Shown: piece by piece, positions 1 to 11,276 of the stretch
How positions within the stretch are numbered: position 1 is the stretch's first letter
Layout of the letters: every line of letters starts with the position of its first letter
From: Anaerolineales bacterium
GTDB lineage: Bacteria; Chloroflexota; Anaerolineae; Anaerolineales; UBA11579
DNA: 64,000 nucleotides
Reading direction: 5' to 3'
NCBI GenBank assembly: GCA_026129255.1
Contig: JAHCIJ010000001.1
Location: 708,965-772,964, forward strand
Notes under the pieces: model-generated
Databases searched by the model: none
What the model was told of the DNA's origin: nothing
The model's input: only the letters and a program-made list of their open reading frames with translations
Translations under genes and position numbers: made by a program

Positions 1-1
1 C

Positions 2-2284
2 TTGTGGGACCAGGGCATCTATACCAACATCCGCGGCACTAAACGTAAACCCTTCACGATGCAAGAGTCGCTGGAGGCGGGTCTGGTGGAAGTGCGCTTT
101 GAGGGCGAGAAGCTCAAAGGCGAGTTTGCCTTTGTGCGTACGCGTTATGAAGGCAAGCAGGAAAACTGGCTGATGGTGAAGATGAAAGACGCCTTCGCCA
201 ACCCCGAATACGACATCGTGAACGAGCTGCCACTCTCCGTCAAGAGCGGCAAGAGCATCGAGGAGCTGGAGGAGGAGGGCAGCCGCGCCCAGCTACCGGC
301 CGCCTTGCGCCGCCTGCAGCCGGAATCACTGGAGAAGCTGGCCTCGGCCAGCTTCCCAGGCTGGCTGGAGCCGATGCTGGCTTCGCCCGAAGAGCGCCCG
401 GTGGAGCGCACCAACTGGATCTACGAGCCAAAGCTGGACGGCCAGCGCGCCATCGTGTATCGCAAGGGTGGCCAGGTGCAGATGCTCTCGCGCAACAAGC
501 TCATCATCACCGAGCAGTATCCGGAGCTGGTGGCAGCGCTCAAGGAACACGGGCGGGGTGATTTTGTGGCCGATGCAGAAATTGTTGCCTTTGATGGTGG
601 CCGCCCTAGCTTTGAGCAACTCCAAAAGCGCATGCATGTGCAAAAGCCCTCGCAGCAAGTAATCAGCGAGGCGCCAGCTTTTATGTATTTATTCGATGTC
701 ACGTATTACGAAGGCTACGACACCACGCGCCTCAGCCAGCTGGAACGCAAGGAGTTGTTGCGTGGGCTGGCAGACTACACTGACCCATTGCGCTACATGG
801 AGTATCAGGAGGGCGGGGGGCTGGAGATGTTCCAGCAGGCTTATGCCAGCGGCCAGGAAGGCGTGATTGCCAAGGATGGCAATGCGATGTACCAGCGCAG
901 CCGTTCCAAGAGCTGGCTCAAGTGGAAGTGTGTGCGCCAGCAGGAGTTTGTCATCGGCGGCTACACCGAACCGCAAGGCGGTATGCGCGGCTTTGGCGCG
1001 CTGCTGGCTGGCTACTATCCTGAAGCGAGCGATAAGTTGCAGTTCGTGGGTGGGGTGGGGACAGGCTTCTCAGACGAAGCCATTCGCGATATTCGCATGC
1101 AGTTGGATGCGCTGGCCAGTGACAACAATCCCTTCCTGCCGGATGATCTGCTGCCGCTGGAGGGTGTGCGCTGGGTGCGCCCTGAGCTGGTAGCCCAGGT
1201 TGGCTTTGGTGAGTGGACCAAGCTCAATAAGATTCGCCACCCGCGCTTTCTCGGCCTGCGCGCTGATAAGGATGCGGCCAGCGTGCGCCGTGAGGCCACG
1301 GCGGCTCAGCCGGCCGCGGCAGAACCGGCCGCAGCTGAGCCGGCGGCTGTGCCGCCTGCCGCACAGGCGGTGGGCGACGAGCAGCGCGAGGTGGACGGCC
1401 AGCGCATCAAGATCACCAATCCGGCCAAGCTGCTCTTCCCTGATGTAAACAAGTCGCGCGTCATTGATTATTACGAGCAGATCGCGCCAGTCATGCTGCC
1501 GCACGTGCAGAACCGGCCTATCAGTATGCAACGCTTCCCCGATGGCATCCGCGCCCAGGGCTTCTTCCACAAAGAGGCGCCGGATTACTTCCCCAAGTTC
1601 GTCAGCCTGGTCGAAGTGCGTACCAGCGCCAGCGCCGCCGAGACACAGTTGCAAGTCATGATCAACAACGCCGCCACGCTGGTGTATCTGGCGCAGCTGG
1701 CCTCGTTCGTCATCCATATCTGGACCAGCCAGGCGCCGCTGCTGGAGCAGCCCGACAAGATCGTTTTCGATCTCGACCCTTCGACTGACGATAGCTGGGA
1801 CGCGGTGGTGAGCGGTGCCAAGGACATGCGCACTATGCTCACTGAAATGGGCTTGCCGTCCTTCGTGATGGCTACCGGCAGCCGCGGCCTGCATGTAGTT
1901 GTGCCTCTGCAGCCGCAGCACAACTTCGATACCGTGTTGTTGTTCGCCAAGGCGGTGTGCACCACGCTGGAGCGGCGCGACCCCAAGTTCACCACGCAGA
2001 TTCGTAAGGACAAGCGCAAGGGCCGCATCTTTTTGGACTATCTGCGCAATCGCTATGCCCAAACGGGCATCGCGCCGTACTCACTGCGCGCCAAGCTCGG
2101 CGCGCCGCTCGCCGCGCCGTTGGCGTGGGAAGAGGTGGATGACCCCGCGCTGCGTGCCGATAGCTTCACCGTGAGCAACATCATGAAACGTCTGGCTGAT
2201 GGGGGAGATCGTTGGGCGGATTTTTTCGCCGCCCGCGCAGCACTGCCGGGTTTTGATGTCATCGAGCAGGTGCTCAGGCAATAA
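2..2284 (+). CDS. ligD: Multidomain NHEJ DNA ligase LigD (end of 3'-phosphoesterase domain, ATP-dependent ligase, primase-polymerase). The 5' end is cut by the window edge.
   Basis: The ORF is open to the window start. It carries the ligase adenylation motif YEPKLDGQR and a later WLKWK motif. An Ala/Pro-rich linker (AAQPAAAEPAAAEPAAVPPAAQA) separates the domains. The C-terminal part has archaeo-eukaryotic primase-type motifs FDLDP and GSRGLHVVVP. Confidence 0.9.
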   Translation: MWDQGIYTNIRGTKRKPFTMQESLEAGLVEVRFEGEKLKGEFAFVRTRYEGKQENWLMVKMKDAFANPEYDIVNELPLSVKSGKSIEELEEEGSRAQLPAALRRLQPESLEKLASASFPGWLEPMLASPEERPVERTNWIYEPKLDGQRAIVYRKGGQVQMLSRNKLIITEQYPELVAALKEHGRGDFVADAEIVAFDGGRPSFEQLQKRMHVQKPSQQVISEAPAFMYLFDVTYYEGYDTTRLSQLERKELLRGLADYTDPLRYMEYQEGGGLEMFQQAYASGQEGVIAKDGNAMYQRSRSKSWLKWKCVRQQEFVIGGYTEPQGGMRGFGALLAGYYPEASDKLQFVGGVGTGFSDEAIRDIRMQLDALASDNNPFLPDDLLPLEGVRWVRPELVAQVGFGEWTKLNKIRHPRFLGLRADKDAASVRREATAAQPAAAEPAAAEPAAVPPAAQAVGDEQREVDGQRIKITNPAKLLFPDVNKSRVIDYYEQIAPVMLPHVQNRPISMQRFPDGIRAQGFFHKEAPDYFPKFVSLVEVRTSASAAETQLQVMINNAATLVYLAQLASFVIHIWTSQAPLLEQPDKIVFDLDPSTDDSWDAVVSGAKDMRTMLTEMGLPSFVMATGSRGLHVVVPLQPQHNFDTVLLFAKAVCTTLERRDPKFTTQIRKDKRKGRIFLDYLRNRYAQTGIAPYSLRAKLGAPLAAPLAWEEVDDPALRADSFTVSNIMKRLADGGDRWADFFAARAALPGFDVIEQVLRQ

Positions 2285-2352
2285 TTCACAGATGAACACA
2301 GATAACGCTGGAAGAATACGCTCGGTTTAAACTTCGCTTAGGATTATTAATG

Positions 2353-2380
2353 TGTGTCGCCCTGAGCGTAGCGAAGGGCA
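2353..2380. repeat. Left arm of a perfect 28-bp inverted repeat bracketing the GIY-YIG gene
   Basis: TGTGTCGCCCTGAGCGTAGCGAAGGGCA. Its exact reverse complement lies at 2742-2769. Confidence 0.9.
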
Positions 2381-2424
2381 CCAATGCAGCTGATCATAAG
2401 GGCTAACAGTTTGGGCCAGACACT

Positions 2425-2715
2425 CTATAGGTCAAACCAGCCTTTACTTAGATCTTTGAACTTTGGATTTTGCTCCTGTATTAGCGCTAGTTTCTTCTCC
2501 CGTGTCCAGCCCTTTATCTGCTTCTCAGCCGCAATTGCATCTACAATATGATTGAACCTCTCGAAATACAGAAGCCTATCTATTGAGAACTTGCTGGCGT
2601 GGCCCGAAGTCGCTTTGGTCTTGTGCTCGTAGAGACGGCGCTCAAGGTTGTTAGTAACGCCAACGTACAACATGCCGCCCTTGTTGCCGAGGATGTAGAC
2701 GTAGGCTTCTGCCAT
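2425..2715 (-). CDS. Small stand-alone GIY-YIG nuclease family protein
   Basis: 96 aa. N-terminus YVYILGNKGGMLYVGVTNNLERRLYEHK is the GIY...YVG...R...E core of the GIY-YIG/URI fold. One spot count gives about 47% GC, lower than the neighbours. Confidence 0.85.
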   Translation of the reverse strand: MAEAYVYILGNKGGMLYVGVTNNLERRLYEHKTKATSGHASKFSIDRLLYFERFNHIVDAIAAEKQIKGWTREKKLALIQEQNPKFKDLSKGWFDL

Positions 2716-2741
2716 CTCGAAATTAAGAATTCACCTGCAAT

Positions 2742-2769
2742 TGCCCTTCGCTACGCTCAGGGCGACACA
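2742..2769. repeat. Right arm of the perfect 28-bp inverted repeat bracketing the GIY-YIG gene
   Basis: TGCCCTTCGCTACGCTCAGGGCGACACA is the reverse complement of 2353-2380. Confidence 0.9.
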
Positions 2770-2790
2770 ATTTTAGTGTATATATGTTGC

Positions 2791-3678
2791 ATGACCATCG
2801 CTCCCAGTACCAATATTCCCTGCTCGCTTGAATCCGAAAATCTAAACGAGTCCCTGCACGGCACGGCGCCCAAAGCGCAAGTGTGGTTTGCGCTTGAGTA
2901 CTCCGGCCGCTGGGAGCACAAGGCCTGGGAACAGAGCAGCGTAGATGCTGCCATCAAAGCCCATGTGGATATGCAACTGGCTCAAACTCCCGGCGCGCGC
3001 TTGTTGCTCATCCGGCAGAAAGATCGCACGCCGCGTCTGCGCTTCTTTGCCGCAGTCCTGGGCGACGCGCCCGCGTTGTATAAGTTTGAACTGGCAGGCT
3101 ATGAGGAGTTGTTGGGGCTGGACCTTGTCTCGATCGCGGCCAGGGCAGAGCAGTATCAGCCGCAACGCACAGATGAGCCCATCTTGCTGGTGTGCACCAA
3201 CGGCCAGCGGGATGCGTGCTGCGTGCTGCATGGCATCGCCGTATACAACGCCTTGCATGCCCAATTTGGTCCCGTCGTATGGGAGAGCAGCCACCATGGC
3301 GGCCACCGCTTCGCTGCTAACATCCTGGCGCTGCCCAGCGGCCGCTCCTATGGCCGCCTGCGCGCTCACAACGCCACCACCGTCGCACAGGCCATTGCCG
3401 AAGGCAATGTGCCTGTGCAGTACTGCCGTGGCTACACCGCCTGGCCGGAGCCAGCCCAGGCCGCTGAACTGCTGCTGCGCCAGCAGCTTGGCCACACTGC
3501 GGCCACAGGCATCCGGCTGCTTGAGAGCCAGCCCGGGGGTGAGAACCGCTGGACGGTGCGCTTGCAGGCTGCGGATGCCGAGCACAGCCTCACCGTGGAG
3601 CGGGTCGAGGGTGCGCCGGTACACGCTTCTTGTGGCGATGAGAAGACCACACCAACGGTGGAGTACAGGCTAGTTTGA
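2791..3678 (+). CDS. Sucrase/ferredoxin-like (thioredoxin-fold) family protein
   Basis: Motifs LLVCTNGQRDACC and SHHGGHRFAAN. I placed the start at ATG 2791, because the ORF-track start 2599 would run antisense through the GIY-YIG gene. Confidence 0.7.
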   Translation: MTIAPSTNIPCSLESENLNESLHGTAPKAQVWFALEYSGRWEHKAWEQSSVDAAIKAHVDMQLAQTPGARLLLIRQKDRTPRLRFFAAVLGDAPALYKFELAGYEELLGLDLVSIAARAEQYQPQRTDEPILLVCTNGQRDACCVLHGIAVYNALHAQFGPVVWESSHHGGHRFAANILALPSGRSYGRLRAHNATTVAQAIAEGNVPVQYCRGYTAWPEPAQAAELLLRQQLGHTAATGIRLLESQPGGENRWTVRLQAADAEHSLTVERVEGAPVHASCGDEKTTPTVEYRLV

Positions 3679-3683
3679 TTCGT

Positions 3684-3940
3684 CCACAGATGAACACAGA
3701 TAAAGTTCCCCGTCATTGCGAGGACCTGAAGCGGCGTAGCCGCTAAACGACGAAGCAATCCCCAAGCAAGGTTGCAAAATCATCTTCGGGATTGCTTCGG
3801 CTGGCTGCGCCAGTCTCGCAAAGACAAACTGGCTGCGTTTTTGCTTTGCAGCTAGGTTTTTTTATCTGTGTCCATCTGCGTTTATCTGCGGTAAAAGAAT
3901 AGTGGACTCTATCCGTGTTCATCTGTGGTTAAAATCCCAC
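3684..3940. repeat. Intergenic mosaic of dispersed repeats (family A CACAGATGAACACAGATAA type; family B GTCATTGCGAGG...CGAAGCAATCCCC palindrome)
   Basis: Family A copies lie at 3684-3704, 3861-3891 and 3911-3934. The family B imperfect palindrome lies at 3710-3830 (CGAAGCAATCCCC ... GGGATTGCTTCG). Related copies are at 2287-2305, 6121-6234 and 19410-19886. Confidence 0.8.
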
Positions 3941-3961
3941 CATTGTGGTTAAATTCGCCCT

Positions 3962-5482
<1,521 letters not shown>

Positions 5483-5534
5483 GTAGCAAAATAGCTGATA
5501 ACGATTAGCTCTTAGCAAATAGTGACACTAAAAA

Positions 5535-5563
5535 GCCGGGCGTATGCGCCCGGCTTTATTTTT
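5535..5563 (+). terminator. Rho-independent terminator after the ALDH gene
   Basis: GCCGGGCG-tatg-CGCCCGGC stem followed by TTTATTTTT. Confidence 0.75.
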
Positions 5564-5573
5564 GGCAAGACTT

Positions 5574-5701
5574 GTCGTTCCGAACGAGGTCTGCGCCTTT
5601 GGGCAGACCGAGGAGGAAGCCTTCAGGTCATTCAAAGTCTAGATGGGTCTACAGTGCCCAAAAGGATTCCTCACTCGCTTTTCGCTCTTTCGGAATGACG
5701 G
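5574..5701. repeat. Family C dispersed repeat, inverted pair (GTCRTTCCGAACGA...GAGGAA[T/G]CCTT / AAGGATTCCTC...TCGGAATGAC)
   Basis: Left unit 5574-5629 and inverted right unit 5661-5701. Related units are at 8926-8970, 46375-46492 and 48381-48525. Confidence 0.75.
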
Positions 5702-5726
5702 ACTCACATCCTTCATCCTTTCGCCT

Positions 5727-6107
5727 TCATCCTTGCTCTTCTATCTTCCTCATCAGGAGCATATTTAGCGCTTCACGCGCCGCGGGCAGGGTGCGCATAG
5801 CGTCCCAATTCTCGACAAATTCCTTGGCGGATGCTTTGCCCAGCACCGCCAGAAACGGATCGCCCACCACCAACTCACCTTTGATGCGCGCCACGCGCCA
5901 GTAAGGCTCCAGCTCGGCGGCCAGCGGCGGGTAAGCCGCCTGCAAACGCTCCTGGGCTTCAAAGAAGCGCGCTTGCTGCTCAACCGTTAGCGACTTCTGC
6001 TGATAGATCTCGATCACTAACTCGGTCACCGCGTCCCAATCGGCTGCGAATGCATCCATCTCTGGGTTGTTGAGTTGCTTAAGCAGACTTTGGGTAACGG
6101 GATTCAT
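5727..6107 (-). CDS. Hypothetical protein
   Basis: 126-aa ORF with host-like codon bias and no competing ORF of similar quality. I recognise no motif. Confidence 0.5.
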   Translation of the reverse strand: MNPVTQSLLKQLNNPEMDAFAADWDAVTELVIEIYQQKSLTVEQQARFFEAQERLQAAYPPLAAELEPYWRVARIKGELVVGDPFLAVLGKASAKEFVENWDAMRTLPAAREALNMLLMRKIEEQG

Positions 6108-6120
6108 GGGAACAATTTAA

Positions 6121-6234
6121 CCGCGGATGAACGCGGATAAACACAGATAAGAGATTGGAGATTCCCCTTTGTGTGCTTTGTGCCTTTGTGGTTAATCTGG
6201 TTGTCTGTGTCCATCAGCGTTCATCTGTGGTTAA
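6121..6234. repeat. Inverted pair of family A repeats flanking an AGAGATTGGAGATTCC motif
   Basis: 6121-6150 reads CCGCGGATGAACGCGGATAAACACAGATAAG. 6203-6234 reads GTCTGTGTCCATCAGCGTTCATCTGTGGTTAAAG, which is its approximate reverse complement. The central motif recurs at 12078-12093 (AGAGATTGGCGATTCC). Confidence 0.7.
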
Positions 6235-6267
6235 AGAACCTGAAGCGCGCATTATAATCCCCGCGCC

Positions 6268-7278
6268 ATGGCTGACAAAACCTACATCCTCGCCGGTGAC
6301 CTCGGCGCCACCAAGACCAACATCGCACTCTTTGACACGACTGACCTGAGCGCAGGTCCACAGATGCTTGGCTCCTACCTTAATGCCGAGCACGACGGTT
6401 TGCATGCCATCCTGCGCGTGTACTTGCAGGGCAAGCCGGGCCTCGACATCCAGACTGCCTGCTTTGGCGTCGCCGGCCCAGTGATCGACAATCATGTGCG
6501 CATGATCAACCTGGATTGGGAAGTGGATGCGGGCGAGCTGTGCGCTGAATTTGGTTGGCGATCTGCCTGGCTCATCAACGACCTCAAGGCATTGGCCAAC
6601 GCCGTACCCTTGCTGCCTGAGCGCGAGATGTACGTGCTGCAACAGGGTATTGCCGAGCCGGGTGGCAGCATCGCCGTCATCGCCCCCGGCACCGGGCTCG
6701 GCATCGGCTACCTCACCTGGGCCGCTGGCCGCTACACCGCCTATGCCACTGAAGGCGGCCACGCCAGCTTTGCCCCGGAGACGCCGTTGCAGCAAGAGTT
6801 GCTCGCCTGGCTGCGCCCGCAGCTTGGCCAGGTGGCCATTGAACACGTGTGCGCCGGAGTGGGGCTGCCCAACCTGTACGCTTTCCTGAAGGCCAGCGGC
6901 CACGCCGCCGAGCCCGCCTGGCTGGCCGATGAGTTGGCCGCTCAGGGCGACGACAACAACGTCATCATAGTCAACCATGCCCTGGCGCAGACGCCCGGTA
7001 GCGAGATCTGCCAGCTGACGTTGCAGCTATTTGTGGAGATTTTGGGCGCCACCGCTGGCAACCTGGCCCTCGGGCTGGGCGCTACGGGCGGCGTGTACCT
7101 CGGCGGCGGCATCCCGCCGCGCATCCTGCCTGCTCTGCAGCGCTATGACTTCATGAAGTTCTTTCTCGGCAAAGTGGGCTACGAGGAGTACCTGCAACGC
7201 TTCCCTGTGCGTCTGATCCTTGACCCTGGCGTGGCGCTGCTCGGGGCAGCCGCCTATGCCCAGCAGCAGGAGCACTAG
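6268..7278 (+). CDS. glk: Glucokinase
   Basis: N-terminal ILAGDLGATKTNIALFD and C-terminal GGVYLGGGIPPRILP match the Glk family pattern (E. coli VGDVGGTNARLAL / GGVFIAGGIVPRF). Confidence 0.85.
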   Translation: MADKTYILAGDLGATKTNIALFDTTDLSAGPQMLGSYLNAEHDGLHAILRVYLQGKPGLDIQTACFGVAGPVIDNHVRMINLDWEVDAGELCAEFGWRSAWLINDLKALANAVPLLPEREMYVLQQGIAEPGGSIAVIAPGTGLGIGYLTWAAGRYTAYATEGGHASFAPETPLQQELLAWLRPQLGQVAIEHVCAGVGLPNLYAFLKASGHAAEPAWLADELAAQGDDNNVIIVNHALAQTPGSEICQLTLQLFVEILGATAGNLALGLGATGGVYLGGGIPPRILPALQRYDFMKFFLGKVGYEEYLQRFPVRLILDPGVALLGAAAYAQQQEH

Positions 7279-7347
7279 CGCCTCTCTAACTCCCGTTGTT
7301 CCTAAGCTAGCACTCATCTGCGTCAAACATTTCATTAATACCCCCCG

Positions 7348-7356
7348 TGCTAGAAT
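7348..7356 (+). promoter_or_regulatory. Possible extended -10 element (TGcTAGAAT) upstream of rpoD
   Basis: TGCTAGAAT lies about 190 nt upstream of the rpoD ATG. No convincing -35 is present. Confidence 0.3.
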
Positions 7357-7545
7357 GACTCCGTAGCAAATTTTCGCCCACATACGCCAAGAAGCCTAAG
7401 CTGAATATCAGTTTCTCAGGGCTGTGGTTGCCCTCTGTTTGGGCTGTGGATTTGTGTCATTTTCCCGCCTGCTGCGTTATCTGGGCAGGGGAGTGTAAGG
7501 TTTGAGTGATTCGCCAACTCTGAGTAGTAGGAGGCATAGTATCGA

Positions 7546-8778
<1,233 letters not shown>

Positions 8779-8803
8779 CCGCTTGCGCATGCCTACGAGG
8801 TTC

Positions 8804-8839
8804 AAAAGAGCGCTACCCGCAAGGGTAGCGCTCTTTTTT
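8804..8839 (+). terminator. Rho-independent terminator after rpoD
   Basis: AAAAGAGCGCTACCC-gcaa-GGGTAGCGCTCTTTT followed by a T run. Confidence 0.8.
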
Positions 8840-8925
8840 GTGGGCACAGGAGAGTAGTGCAGACTCATTTCCAAGCAAGCAAAAGCGCGCCCGGCCAGGT
8901 TGGCCACAATTCCCTCATGCAACCT

Positions 8926-8970
8926 GTCATTCCGACGAAGGCGAAGCCTGAGGAGGAATCCTTTAGGTCA
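8926..8970. repeat. Family C dispersed repeat unit
   Basis: GTCATTCCGACGAAGGCGAAGCCTGAGGAGGAATCCTTTAGGTCA. Confidence 0.75.
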
Positions 8971-9016
8971 GTGCAAACTAAGTTGGTTTCCGGAAGATAC
9001 TGGGGCCGCCAGCCAG

Positions 9017-9874
9017 CTAACCCAGCCTGCGCTGCAGGTAAGCGTTGACTGCGTTAGCAAACTCTTCCGGCCGCTCTTTTTGTGGCCAGTGTTTGCCACC
9101 TTCCATGACGTATAGCTCGCAGTCCGGAATGCGCTCATTGGCGGCAATGGCGTCCTTCAGCGGCACGGCTGCATCGCGGCTGCCATGCACCAGCAGTGTG
9201 GGTTGCGTGATCTCACCAAGGCGGGCAGAGAGGTCTCGCGTGAGGCCAGTGGGTGTGATCTCTGCTCGCTGGAAGGAGAGGAAGGCCTTGCCTGCATCCG
9301 GCTCCAGCATTAGCTTTTGAATACCTGCCACCATTTCATCGGTCACTTTTGTCTTGTCGCCGATCAGGTTGGTCTCCAGTGACCAGCGCACCAGCCACGG
9401 TTTCGCCGTCCAGGCATAGATGTTTTCGTTCAACTTGGAGCGCGTATACCAGTGGGTGAAGCGGTGCCAGGGCAGCTTGCTGGCCAGTCCCCAGGCATCC
9501 ACCGGGATCAGGATCTTGGCCAGCTCGGGGTAGGTGAGGGCCGTGTTCAGCGTGATGCCGCCACCGAGCGACAGCCCGCAGAGAATGACGGGCGCCGCAC
9601 CAAAGGCTTCGATCACTCCCTTGATGATGTCTGTATAGAAGGGTAGCGAATACTCTCCGTCAATGCGATCACTGGCGCCGTAGCCTGGCAGGTCCGGCGC
9701 GATCACGCGGTAGTGCTGGGCCAATAGGGGTATTACTTCGCCCCAGGAGAGCATCGCCGAATCCACTCCGGCGCCGTGCAGCAGGACAATGGTGTCCTTG
9801 CCTGCACCAGCAACATGGCAGGCTACATTGACTCCGTTTACGGTAATCGTTTGCGTTTGAATACGCTCAGTCAT
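9017..9874 (-). CDS. Alpha/beta-fold hydrolase
   Basis: 285 aa. HGAG oxyanion motif (IVLLHGAGVDS), nucleophile elbow GLSLGG, and a C-terminal His region (GGKHWPQ). Confidence 0.8.
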   Translation of the reverse strand: MTERIQTQTITVNGVNVACHVAGAGKDTIVLLHGAGVDSAMLSWGEVIPLLAQHYRVIAPDLPGYGASDRIDGEYSLPFYTDIIKGVIEAFGAAPVILCGLSLGGGITLNTALTYPELAKILIPVDAWGLASKLPWHRFTHWYTRSKLNENIYAWTAKPWLVRWSLETNLIGDKTKVTDEMVAGIQKLMLEPDAGKAFLSFQRAEITPTGLTRDLSARLGEITQPTLLVHGSRDAAVPLKDAIAANERIPDCELYVMEGGKHWPQKERPEEFANAVNAYLQRRLG

Positions 9875-11216
9875 TAGCCCGTTTCTTGTAGCTCACGATC
9901 ACCGGGGTGGGCTTGCTGGAGCCGCCACGGTTGACGCCGATCTTGTCGAAAGGCGTTACCAGTTCCAGGTCATACTCGCGGAACAGCAGCGCCACGATGA
10001 TAGCCATCTCAGTGCGGGCAAAGTTCATGCCGGTGCACTTGTGCAGGCCGCCGCCAAAGGTCAGCAACTCGAAGCCGCGGCCCTCGCCCTTCTCCGTGAA
10101 GCGCGCCGGGTCATAGCTGTACGGGTCAGAGAAATAGTCAGGGATGAAGTGCGCCGCCGCGGTCGAGGTCATGGCGAACCAGCCTGCCGGAATGCGGTAG
10201 CCATCCAGCTCAATGTCTTCTTTGACTTCGCGGATCAGCGTCTCGGCCGAGGGGCGCAGGCGGCCGGTCTCTTGCACCGCCGCTGTGGTCAGCTGGATTT
10301 CGCGCATGTGCACGTGATTCACCTCTGAGCTATCACCCAGCACGCGCGTCACTTCTTCGCGCACGCTGGCCAGATAGCCCGGATTGTTGATCAAGTGGAT
10401 GACCGACCAGGCGCTCTGGCCGGCGGTGGTCTCGTGCCCGGCAAACAGCAAGGCCGAGAAGAAGCTGGCCACGATGTCATCGGCTAACGGCACGCCGGCG
10501 CCATCCGGCTGGTCCAGGAAGTATTGGAAGCCATCTTGTTTCGGGTTGGCGCGGCGCTCCTCGATCAGCGGCTGCAGGATGGCGCGCATCGTCTGCTTGG
10601 CTTGGTCACGGCGTTTGAATTTAGGCAGCGGCAGATTGTAGAGCAGCGGGTCCAGCGACGCGCTCAGCGCGTCGTACTGGTCCCAGAAGCCTTCAGCTTC
10701 CAGGCGCTCGTGCACTTCGTCGCCCAGGAAGCAGCGCCCGGCGACTTCCTTCACCAGATGCGTCATGGCCTCGGTGAGCTCGAACTCACCGCTTTCGTCG
10801 AGCGTATCCATCCATTGCCTGACTGTGCGGCTCATGATGGGCAAGTAGCTGCTCATCTGGTCACGCGTGAACAAGCTGTGCAGGATGGGGCGTTGCAGCA
10901 TGTAGGTGTCATGTGGGCCAAGGAAGGCGATGCGGCCAAACATGGCCGCCAGGAATTGGTAGGGCTTCTCCATGTCGAGCTGCTTGTCAGTGCTCTTGAA
11001 GAAGAAGGATTGCTCTTGCGGGCCAACCAGAATGGCCATCGGCTGCCCAAGCAGCTTGATGCCAAAGACGTTGCCGTGCTTGCTGTAGCCGCGGCGGAAG
11101 AAATTCTCGGGGTCGCGATAAAACTCAATGGCGTGGCCGATGTAGGGCAGGCCGCCGCTGAGCATGGGTGGAGTAGGCAGTGGGGAGGGTTTAGAGACTG
11201 TTTCCGTATTGAGCAT
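9867..11216 (-). CDS. Cytochrome P450, CYP51-like in overall pattern
   Basis: Haem-binding loop FGGGLHKCTGMNFA, helix I AGHETTAG and EXXR (ETGRLR). The N-terminal pattern SGGLPYIGHAIEFYRDPENFF...ILVGPQEQSFFF...YQFLAAMFG resembles bacterial CYP51. It overlaps the downstream hydrolase by 8 nt. Confidence 0.88.
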   Translation of the reverse strand: MLNTETVSKPSPLPTPPMLSGGLPYIGHAIEFYRDPENFFRRGYSKHGNVFGIKLLGQPMAILVGPQEQSFFFKSTDKQLDMEKPYQFLAAMFGRIAFLGPHDTYMLQRPILHSLFTRDQMSSYLPIMSRTVRQWMDTLDESGEFELTEAMTHLVKEVAGRCFLGDEVHERLEAEGFWDQYDALSASLDPLLYNLPLPKFKRRDQAKQTMRAILQPLIEERRANPKQDGFQYFLDQPDGAGVPLADDIVASFFSALLFAGHETTAGQSAWSVIHLINNPGYLASVREEVTRVLGDSSEVNHVHMREIQLTTAAVQETGRLRPSAETLIREVKEDIELDGYRIPAGWFAMTSTAAAHFIPDYFSDPYSYDPARFTEKGEGRGFELLTFGGGLHKCTGMNFARTEMAIIVALLFREYDLELVTPFDKIGVNRGGSSKPTPVIVSYKKRAND

Positions 11217-11276
11217 ACAGTCAGTATACGCCCTTTGTGAAGCCTGTCACTTTAACGTTGCGTTAAGGCGTCTTGG

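Noticed and set aside
2599-2790. N-terminal extensions proposed by the ORF track. Examples: 2599 for the sucrase-ferredoxin gene, 20985 for the NmrA gene, 22951 for the amidohydrolase, 14640 for EamA, 29640 for FdrA, 30931 for the amidase, 46487 for treS, 56088 for DUF1801, 58134 for clpP.
   Set aside because: The extensions overlap neighbouring genes, a tRNA or dispersed repeats, and they read as non-protein-like sequence. Internal ATGs give family-typical N-termini and classic ATGA/TAATG junctions or good RBS spacing.
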